DNA of 63,582 nucleotides, counting the filler, from Reticulomyxa filosa (taxonomy: Eukaryota; Protista; Foraminifera), in NCBI GenBank assembly GCA_000512085.1. It is 22 parts of 22 records of this genome, joined end to end, with 100 filler letters (N's around TTAATTAATTAA, not from the genome) between each part and the next. Parts side by side here need not be neighbours in the genome. Positions count along the whole stretch, not along the records: positions 53,676 to 59,335 come from ASPP01012721.1; positions 59,436 to 60,531 come from ASPP01026993.1; positions 60,632 to 63,582 come from ASPP01020542.1; 19 more parts are not named here. One strand, written 5' to 3'. The notes under the pieces were generated by a model that ran no database searches, was not told the DNA's origin, and worked only from the letters and a program-made list of their open reading frames with translations. The position numbers and the translations under genes were made by a program. Shown here in pieces: positions 53,686-63,582 of this stretch (its first letter is position 1; each line of letters opens with the position of its first letter).

Positions 53686-56335
53686 AATATTTGACGAAGA
53701 TAATCACCCGAACTGTATTTTTGGCGTCTCCTTTTGTTCGTGCGTTTTTGGAAATGCCGTCGTCCGTTCAGACATTAGCCATTGAATTGGTCCAAAGACA
53801 AGTTTAACAGTTGTTTGTTCCCGTCTTGTTCTTTGTGTGTTCCAACTTGTGTGTTGCCAGTGAACGTTGCTATATCCATGTGCAAACATATATGTATATA
53901 TGTATATATAAAAGAATGCCGCGTTGAAAGAAGGATGGATGATGAAGAAAGGTGCCTTTCATAAGAAATGGCGAAAACGATGGTTTGTAATGCAACCCAA
54001 TCACATCTTAAAATACTACAAAGAAGCGTCATCGCTAAAGCCCCAAGGCTCCATCGATCTCTCTTCCATTTTGCACGTGGGTTCCAAAGAAGGCGTGGAA
54101 CAAATGAAAAACTCGTTTTGTTTATAATTTTTTTTTTTTTTTTTAAATTAAAAAAAAAAAAAAGTATACAAATATGTAAATATATGTATGTGTTACTATT
54201 AATGCCGATCCTTTTTTTTTTTTTTTTTTTGCTTTATAACGCCCTTGCAAGTCCAATCAAAAGTGATCGAACTTCAAATAAACAAATAAATAATACACGG
54301 AAATAGATTTGTAATTAAAACAAGAGACCGCTTGTGGTGGCTAGCGTGTGACGACGAGCAAGATAAACGCGAATGGGTTCGTGTGTTTATGCGATTGAAA
54401 GACACCAAGGCGCCGATCCGCACTCGTCCTGAAGAGGATAACACTGGACAGTCGCTCAATTTGGGCGCTCATTTCAAAGTTTATTCTTACTTTTGCTTAC
54501 ATTCAAAAAAAAAAAAGGAAGGGTGAACTATCAATAAAAAGTGATACAAAATTACAACATATTGCAAATCAAATAAAAATAAAATAAAAAAAAAGAGCGT
54601 GACCAACATTGCATGGTCGCCGACAATTCCGGGAATATTAGCAACAGGATCCCGAGATGAGTCAGTGAAAGTATGGGTGACACAATTGATTGACAACACA
54701 TTGGTGCCAAGGAGCGTGACTACCCAACAAGGACCGAATTTAACGGCAACGGGCACAACTACAACAGCAACGACGACAACGACGACGACAATGACGACGA
54801 CGACGACAGGGCAGTCATCGCCAAAAGGGACGAAAACAGAGCTTTTGGACGAAAAGACAGCCGAGGCCGATGCACCTCTCCCCCACCAACTACCCCTTGC
54901 ATACTATTGAATTTGCACCTTTGGCTGAGTTCAAGACGAGTGGTGAAGTAACGGCACTGGAATGGTCCCCCGACGGTGCCATGATTACCGTGTCAGTCAA
55001 ACGAGCTGTTGCCAATAGCAGCAGCGGTGGTGACAATACCAAAAATGTGACAGATCCGAATGAACATGACGCGAATAATGCAAGCTCCTCCACCAGCGGT
55101 TATCAATACTACTTGCAATGCTTTGATTTATCTCCGGCGCTCGGAGGATACAACCCCGAAGAGGACGATAGTGGCAGTGTTGAGGATGGAGGAAACGACG
55201 ACGAGGTGGAGGACGATGCCATAGCCGAACGCACCAAAATCTTTACGTTACAAGACCACCCCGGACGCATATGCTTCAACAATGATGGCAATCAGATATT
55301 CATGGGAATGGATATCGATCCGAACAGTGAAGAAAATGAAAAACGAAGACCGGCCTTTTTGGTCTTTCTCAATTTGACTGACAATCAATTGCATCGATGT
55401 CGAACGGTCGATCGCATCATCGATCATCAAACGGAATTTGTTGCTGATCTCTCGCTCAACAATGACCGCTCGCTCATGATCGTCGCCACTGGCACGCACC
55501 AAGGCAACGGAAGATTAAATCGCTGGGGCTTGGACTCGGATGAAACTCGCATCATTGAGCGCAATTCCACAAGCCAAGCTTCGTTCATGAAATGGACTGA
55601 GGATGATTCGTGGCTGATTATTGGACGTAAAAATGGAGCCGTCGAGTTTTGGCATGTGTTCAATCAAAATAACCAAAAGTCGTACAACTTGCTGCTGAAA
55701 AAACCAAAGAGTGATGCCAATACCTCGTCTTCCACAAAAAAATGAAGATGCTCCTACCAGCGGCAAAACGACACAGCAAAAACTCTCCAGTGATGATGAA
55801 ACCTCGAGCGTCGGGAATACGACCAAACACGAGGAAAATGTGGAAGTTGAAAGAGAACCGCAAGTCAGTACGTTGGAACGAAAATGGTCATTCAATGTTC
55901 ACAACGGCAAAATCTTCCATATTACAACCAGCAATGGTTTGTTGATTACCAGTGCTGAGCTTGGAAATCTGGAATACGAATCCTTCTTTGCTCATCACAT
56001 TTTATGGGATATTCGCTCTCTCATGAATTACGGTCATGAACCCAAAATTATTGCTACTTTAGGAAACCTCCATGCCTTAGAAAAAGATATCACTCGATTG
56101 ATCGAATTATCACCTGTCACCACTAGACATGTCCGAGAAGGTGGTGGTCCTGGCACTTTATTGGCTGCTACTGGGCACTGTAATTTGTTTTGCCACAACG
56201 TTGCTGGTATGTTTCATCTTTTTTTTTTTTCTTTATAACTCTCTTCATTTCTTGTTTTTATGTGTAGATGTTTTACTCGATGCTTTTCACGCGCCTGCAG
56301 AAGATCATACTCAAAAGCCGAAACAGGTCCAATGA
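53686..56335 (+). CDS. PX-PH-WD40 protein (5'-partial, two apparent +1 frameshifts)
   Basis: YLTKIITRTVFLASPFVRAFLE (PX C-terminal), KEGWMMKKGAFHKKWRKRWFVM...PQGSIDL...WWLACDDEQDKREWV (PH), then WD40 blades (VTNIAWSP...LATGSRDESVKVW; GRKNGAVEFW). Frame breaks at ~54880 and ~55740. Confidence 0.75.
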
Positions 56336-56733
56336 TCGACCCCAAGGAGCCAATACAAATAAGTAATTTAAAAGTAAATCAAGCTTGATGATAATTACTT
56401 TTGTCTGTATCAATCCCAATTCTTGGTTTTTTTTTCTGGCTCTATATTTGTTAATAGAAGTGTCCATTTCTTTGTTTGTTATTTGAAGAATGGCGGGTTC
56501 CTTGTCATTCCAAGACAAAAAGCTTTTTTATATCGTGTGAAAGGGACCAACAAATTCTTTAAAAACAGTTTGAGAGTTTCAAGCAGTGAAATTAAAACTT
56601 TTGTTTTTATTATTGGCTGAAGAAATTTTTTTTTGCAACTTTAAAAAGCGAATTAGTTGTAAATTATGTGATCCTATTTTTGCAAAAAAAAGTTTGATTT
56701 CATTTTAATGCCTTAAAATTTTAAAAAGAGAAT

Positions 56734-58430
56734 TTATGTATCGACTAACACGGTATCAATCAATTGGTAGCCGATAATCGTTTTGTCGAAATCAAAGTGG
56801 CCATGAGCGGCCAGAGTATCGTGACCCACTTTGATGGGATAGGTTTGAATGAAGGCATCGATAATTGTATTGTTACTTACCAACTTATCGATTCTGTTGG
56901 CAATTCTGGCTTTGATTACATCATCATTAGCAAAATCTTGCGCTTTCACATCCAAAAAGACTTCTGCATTTTCTCCAAAGACCACAACACGAAGAGTGTC
57001 ACTGCTGTCCTTTATTTTGAGTTCAAATAAAAACTGTGACGTGCTACGTTTCGCATTGTTTCTGCTTTCAGACGTGACAATAAAGGATTTGACATCAGGT
57101 GCATACGAAATAACTGTTCCACGGATTTTGTAGACAACGTCTGAAAGACCAACAGTCTTAATGCTCGCAATAGGAGTATAAAATTGATAGCGTTGACTAT
57201 CATGTTTGAAGATTGTACCAACTATGACATTACCCAAATTGCGATACACGGAGCTATTGTCAAACATATTGTTAAACAACCGATTGCAAAGAGTAGAATA
57301 GGGACAAAGTGATCTCATGTGTTTAGGGGTCATAACTCCAATCTGTCACAAACAGATGGATCAGAAGAAGACAGTGCTTGAATAACCGTATCCGAGTCAA
57401 TTGCTAGAGTCCAAAACGAGGAGGACATGGACGGTTTTTGTGTTTTGGGATCTTTTTCAGCAAACACACGGACATTCTTCAAGTTGACCCAGCTGCCGAG
57501 CTTGACAGTATCGCAGGCCTTGGTCACCCAAAGCTGATCTCTGTCCCCAAGGAAGAGGAGTTGGACATAGGCGCCAACATGTTGACTGATGTGGACGATA
57601 TCCGTTTGATTTCTCAAATCAGAGTGATAATCATAGAAATTTCGGGACTTGGTACCATCCCAAATGTACCAGGCCAAATAACTTTTCGCATTCACAGTAA
57701 CGTCACGCATTCCAACTACCTGTGAGTCCAACATTGCATTTTGTCATCATATACATATACATATATATGTATACATATATATATATATAAATAATAAAAT
57801 ACCAACCATGACAACAAGGGAATCTCGTGGTCGATACAAAGTCAAGTCTTGCAAAAGTGTTGGCACCAAAACACGTCCTCCCGGAACGGGGTGACCCCAG
57901 GTATGTTCTCGAATGGATGTCTGTGCGGCTTTCTCGCTCTCACTTGTGCGTAATCCCAATTTCGGACGCATCAGTCTCCAACGTTTCATGAACAAGTCAA
58001 AGAGACGAAACAAGTGCAAGCAAGCAAAGGAATCCACCAAAGGGTCCCATTGGTACTTGCCTTGCCCCGACACTTGTTTGACAAACACGTTTCGGTACTC
58101 TTCGTTGCGGAGATAGCCGAATAAAGCATCATAGTCTGCCTCCTCCTGAAGAACCTCCTGTTGTCGCGACACCACAACGAACGATGGGTCGTGCGGCACC
58201 CCACCCAGTCGGAGCAGACATTGGACATAATTCACATATATATCTGTGTCCACACGATGGAGACGCAGCACATCGCCCACACTCGGACTCGGCATCTGAT
58301 TTACCTCCTTGGTAAATACCAGGATTTGCAGTGCTTCTTCGTCCTCGTCGTTCACACTTCCATCGCGAATACGAATTTCCCGTTTGTATTGATGCTTACC
58401 TCGAGAGAGTCCTATCTACATTTGATTTGC

Positions 58431-58478
<48 letters not shown>

Positions 58479-59162
58479 TTATTTATTAATTTATTAATTT
58501 TTTTTAAAAATAAAAAATAAACAAATTAACGTCAGAAACGAATGTGACAAATCCATAAAATGAGCATTTGATTTTGACACGTTCTTTGATGGGCATGTAA
58601 TGATATTTCTGCTTAAAAACACTTCCCAAAGGGGGCTCTTGATGCCACGTTGTCTCGTTGACGCTTGCTTGTTGCTTCTTTTGTTCTTGTTTGAAGTGGG
58701 ATTGTGTGTGTTCCGGATTGGTTCCGGTCGAGTGTTCCCGACCGGTTCCGGAACGATCAGTGAGCAGAGCACTGTCGCTCGTCATCACTTTACGTTTCTT
58801 GTTTGTGCTGATGGGCAGCGCTTGGGACAACTGCAGCAGTTCCTCTTCGTCTTCAAAGTCCCATGTGTCCTCTTCGATAGCAGGGTGGTGCGTTCCTACA
58901 ATACTGTCAATGTCGGTGTCTTTGGTCAGGATATACCCGTTGCTCTTGCTCACTCTCGATATCGTGGATAATATTTGGATGCACGCCCTGTCACTTGCGT
59001 TGTCTCCACACGGAAGTAGTAATCGCTCTCGTAGTCGTCGCGGTCGTCAGGACTAATGCGGACGCATTCAATGCCACTTAGTCGTATGTGAAAGTTTTGA
59101 GATACCATCTAAACCCCCTCTCCCCAAAAAAAAAAAAATTAAGTATTGTATAAATTATTTGT

Positions 59163-59196
<34 letters not shown>

Positions 59197-59275
59197 AGTT
59201 GAACTCAACTTTTGAATTTAAAAAAGGTCCCAACAATGTTAACCATTTACCATATACCCATATCACCGAATCGTG
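56734..59275 (-). CDS. POT1: POT1/telomere end-binding protein alpha-like OB-fold protein with an N-terminal extension (5'-partial)
   Basis: OB1: KYHYMPI...FYGFVTF...SRGK...IRDGS...ILVF...MPSPSVGDVLRLHRV...VQ. OB2: YIWDGT...VKLGSWVNLKNV. C-terminal OB: FELKIKDSSDTLRVVVFGENAEVF...YQLIDT. Exons join in phase (e.g. RLD|SVYR). Confidence 0.8.
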
Positions 59276-59297
59276 CTTATTTAATTCTTTGTTCTTT

Positions 59298-59335
<38 letters not shown>

Positions 59336-60631
59336 NNNNNNNNNNNNNNNNNNNNNNNNNNNNNNNNNNNNNNNNNNNNTTAATTAATTAANNNNNNNNN
59401 NNNNNNNNNNNNNNNNNNNNNNNNNNNNNNNNNNNATGAGCGTGTTTATAAATACCGCGAGCGATTCCAACAGGACAGTGTCACAGTGATTATAGTTTGA
59501 AAAAGCGCCAAATTGTACAAAATGGATACTTTATTTAATTTAATCGAATTAGTTGGTGGATATTTTTTTGAAATTAAACGTGTCACACCAACGAAATTGT
59601 ATCATCACTGACTCATCATGTCGAGGTCTTCCAAATGGAAATCGCTTCTCCAATACACACATCACATTGTAACAATTTAGGAATGTGCATTGTCAGGTTT
59701 ACTGTTTTTTCTTCAACTATGCAATCCTTACGCAATCGATTGATTTCTTTCAATTTTGTCCCCAATTCCTCAATTTTCGCTTTTCCATCTGTTTCATTTC
59801 AATTTTTTTTTTTGTATGCGTATTTTCATAAGTTTCTCCATCCCCCTTTACAAATGTTTTCTTTAATGATCTGCGATCACGTTTTCTGAGTTTTTTTTCA
59901 TACAAAAAAAGAACCCCGTTCAGAAAAAAAGTTGATATAACAAACTCATATCTGCTGAATAGATAGCTTAAAAAAAATTTGCAATTTTGTTAAACGATAA
60001 AACTTTTCCGATTTCACTTCTACCAAAACTTTTTGTTCTTGCGTTGCGTTTTGAGAGTTATTTTCTTATTTAATTTTGTTTTATCGGAAACGCAGTTGAA
60101 TTTTGTCATTTATTTCTTTTATTTATTTAATTGTTCTTTTGTTTTAAATTGTTCAGAAGAGCGAAACCTTTGTATTACGTTTTGTGCACCTCTTTCAGCA
60201 GCAGAAAACCCACAAAAAAAAACGTTGGTAATTAAGGAAAAACGATCCTTACACTGAGTCTAACCTCAAAATTTCATGAAAAAGTGAAACAAAGAGCGAG
60301 ATATGTAACAGACTCAGAGTGATAAGTAACTTTGGCAAAAAAAGTTATTTTTGCTTTGAAAAACTCGTAAATTTTTATCACAAAACTGTTTTTTTTGATG
60401 ATATACCGATAACTGCTTTTTCACTTTTTTTTAACAAAATTACAATATCGTACCTTGGCACATGTTGAATCAATCTTTAGTCAAACGAAAAAAAAAAGTT
60501 AAGGCATTTCTATATCACAAACGTGGCTGATNNNNNNNNNNNNNNNNNNNNNNNNNNNNNNNNNNNNNNNNNNNNTTAATTAATTAANNNNNNNNNNNNN
60601 NNNNNNNNNNNNNNNNNNNNNNNNNNNNNNN

Positions 60632-61519
60632 TCATTACCATTATCATTGTTATTTGCAGTAGCGCTACGTGCGAGATCTCCTTGCACTTTGGCCAAGTGA
60701 GGATTAGGTTGTATTGATGTGTTAGTGGAGGAATGTGGATCGCATGAAAAAGATAAAAGTATATAAACACATTGAATGACACAATGATTCAATAAGATGC
60801 CTTCGTCATAGCGATCTTGGTCGTAATACAACTCCACCAACTCGCCCATGATCCATAGCATTATGTCCATATCCATGACGTTATGCAAGATATAATCGCG
60901 ATTCACCAAAGTCCGCATATTGTATTCCAACTTTTCTATTTTCGGTGATGATGATGATGACGGTGGTAGTATTGATGATGATGGTGGTAGTATTGATGAT
61001 GATGATGATGGTGGAGGTGGTGATGATAATAATGCACAACGCTCACTATGAGCTTGTTCCATAATGCATTGCTGGACTTGCTGCAGCTTCTCCATTGGAA
61101 ATGCTCTTTCGTTTTCATTATTTGCCAACTCAAAGTGTCCAAAAAAATCTCTTCTTCAAATTGTATTTCAGAAACTTTTCCAACTCTTTCTTTTCATTCA
61201 AATGCTTATATAAGTGGATCAAGTCGCGCATTATACTCAAATATGAAAATGTGTGCTCGCCATAGATCTCCAAGTTTTGCTTCAGAAATAACATATAGTC
61301 GGAAAATATCGAGCCCAACGACTTCTTTGATTCTGTTGCTCCGAATTCTATTAGCGCTTCCAAACCACTTCGGATGTCCATCTCGTCGTGCAACCACAAC
61401 AACGCTTCTTCGTATACTGAATGCGATGCGTGTAAGTCATACAATTCAAATATCTTCTTGTTGTAGCTGTGCTCTGTGTACTCGTGTGGTTCTTTTATAC
61501 TATCCAAATGATTATGCAT
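60632..61519 (-). CDS. TPR-like helical protein (3'-partial, one +1 frame break at ~61145)
   Basis: YGEHTFSYLSIMRDLIHLY and IMGELVELYYDQDRYDEG are TPR-like. Removing one base from the T7 run joins the two ORFs. Confidence 0.5.
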
Positions 61520-62739
61520 TTCTTTTTTTTTTTTTTGATTTGATCTTCTTCTTGTCCAAAATTTTACTGCAGATTTTTTTTTTTTTTGCAATGAAGCAAC
61601 TTCAACAATTGCTCCACACCAAAAAGATTCATTTTTGATTCCCTTCTTTGCGACACAGTACTGCTGGCCAACGCGAAAAAATCTATTGTATATGAATAAG
61701 AAATATGTAGTATTATCAAGAAATACAACTAGAGTTGTAAAAGCGTTTTTGTAGTAGCCTCAACAATAACACAATGAAAATATAAAATGATTACTGCAAA
61801 TGAAAAACTGTTGTGAGATGAATAAACTGCAAAAATTAATGTCTTAAATATGTAAGCGCTGGGAAAAATTTATAAACACATTACATTTATAAATGAAGAT
61901 AACACTTGTCAATGGATCCGATTGGGTAGCATTTTTACACTTTCAAACAAAATTTTGGTAATCATTTTCAACGTATTTAGACGAAAATTTTTTGAAAAAA
62001 AAATGAAGAAAAAATTATTTTATTCTGTAATCATCCATCATCCTTTTGTAGGAAAACCTTGAAACACCTTTTCCCAAACTTCTATCACAATTTACTTCTT
62101 TTTCTCTCTTCTTGTTTTGCTGTTGTTATCATTTCTCCTTTTTGATTTAATTTACTTGTTTTTCTATTGAAAGGTCCCCAGAGAGAAAGCACTATCCACT
62201 CCTTATGGTGCTATATACTCAAATGCTTTGAATAAAGGTGCTTTTCTTTTTCATTTTTCTTTAAAAGTATATAATTCAATTTGTGAAATATATATTAACA
62301 AATATTTTTAAATTGAAAACAAAAGATTTTTGTGTTCTATTCATTTAAAAAATTATGAAAAAAAAGAAATTGTTGTTAATATGCTTTTTTTGGAATATTG
62401 ACAATAATAAATTCACTAAAACGAAAAAATATTTAAAGATAACAAGTTTATATTATTTTTAGAAATTTACGTCAAAAGACAAAATATGCGATGCAAATGA
62501 TTTTGAATAAAGTTTCAAAGAATTCATTTCCATTTGCCACGGCATAGTTACTTATTATCCCATTAATCAATACATAATTCACGCATGAAATGTGAACTGA
62601 TAATATGTACTATATAATTTTGGCTATTGGCAAAAAATATATCATAGCGTGATTGTTTAACTTGTCGTTTATTAGCAAATAGTGAGAGAAAACTAGAGAT
62701 TTTCAACAAAAAAAAGGGGGGTGATAATACACATTTAAG

Positions 62740-63552
62740 ATGACACAAGCTCCGGAAACAGCAAATCCGGTTATCGAAGTATCAACCGAAGGTCAAGTTT
62801 CAGCAAATGCTGGATCAGTGGATGAAGCCTCTCGAAGACGTTTTCATGTCGATAGTTGAGCCTCCCTTGCTGTTTCAATCCGTTGCATATTTGCATTTAC
62901 CTTCTCCAGCCAAAGCAAACCAAAAAAAAAAAGCTAAATAAAAAAAAAAAAAGTAATTAGAAAGACGCTAAAAGAAATCACGCGAATTACGTGGCGGTCA
63001 CACAAAAGAGTATGGAATGTACAGGTAAAAAAAAAAGGAACAGACTTTTCAACGTGTTGATTTGAAACAGCGCAAATTTAAAAAATAAAAAAAAAAAAAA
63101 AATGTAGAAATTATTGCACAAATCATTTATATGAGCTGCGAAGCAAGATGAGCCTAAAATGTAAAGACCCCGACAACAAGCATGTGGCAAAGAGTAAGAA
63201 GAAGGGGACGACAAAAGGAGCAAAGAACAAAAAGAAGAAAGAGACAACAGAGGAGAATAAAGAAGGAGAAGAAGGAGAAGAGGAACAAGGAGGAGCAGAA
63301 GACGAGCAAAAAGAAGGAAAGTCATGGAACCCAAAACAAAAGAAAAAGCGCACAAAAAAGCAAAGCAGCTACGAGTACGTGAAGATAAAAGATTGGAAGA
63401 GTTTGAATCCAGAAAACGAAGGCAAAGAGCTATTCATCCCTTTGTTCTTGAGTGAGCGTTGTTGGGTTTATAGTCAGCAATTGCACGACCAATACGATCA
63501 AGACCATTTGCGAAAGCTTCATCATTCCAACAATAAATTGAGAAAGGCGATT
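62740..63552 (+). CDS. SRP68: Signal recognition particle subunit SRP68, N-terminal exons (3'-partial; not in the ORF track)
   Basis: SRELRGGHTKEYGMYR|NYCTNHLYELR...LFIPLFLSERCWVYSQQL...HHSNNKLRKAI matches the SRP68 pattern DY.RYR.YC..RL..LR and L..AERAW.YAM.L...H...RLRKA. Confidence 0.75.
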
Positions 63553-63582
63553 GTGTTTAGTTGTTTTTTTTTTTTTTTTTTA

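Noticed and set aside
55736-55748. AAA-TGA at a frame break, resembling Euplotes-type +1 frameshifting
   Set aside because: Equally explained by a one-base overcall of an A7 run, and the 4437 break cannot occur at a stop codon.
57250-57335. Apparent ATGA stop/start overlap between two POT1 ORFs, suggesting translational coupling
   Set aside because: A phase-2 GT-AG intron (GTTATG...AATAG) joins the frames cleanly as RLD-SVYR.

Overview
This is eukaryotic, AT-rich, intron-containing protist DNA. It is not one locus: 22 unrelated contigs are joined by 21 identical artificial 100-bp linkers (N44-TTAATTAATTAA-N44), so synteny across linkers is meaningless. The gene families present (AT-rich WD40, Kelch, TPR and CUE/PUB expansions, RGS, CAP-Gly) suggest a foraminiferan such as Reticulomyxa filosa; this is an inference from family style, not a search result. 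Recognisable genes, several split into exons the ORF track misses: a very large protein with about 20 RPEL (G-actin-binding) repeats, sterol 24-C-methyltransferase, cullin-3, adenylosuccinate lyase, PPIP5K/VIP1, Tim44-like, a PX-PH-WD40 protein, a POT1-like OB-fold protein, SRP68, an RGS protein, a probable GT60 tail and a possible CAF-1 large subunit. Also present are ALDH and CAP-Gly pseudogenes, a decayed Tc1 transposase, five Tc1/mariner-type terminal repeats at contig ends, and one GC-rich bacterial contig (enolase-superfamily gene plus REP-like palindrome). The most interesting observations are (1) the ~20-RPEL protein and (2) a 33-34 codon phase-0 exon shared by the N-terminus of a WD40 gene and the C-terminus of a Kelch gene, which resembles an F-box/SOCS-box-like adaptor tag. 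Frequent +1 frameshifts in otherwise intact genes are most likely sequencing errors.
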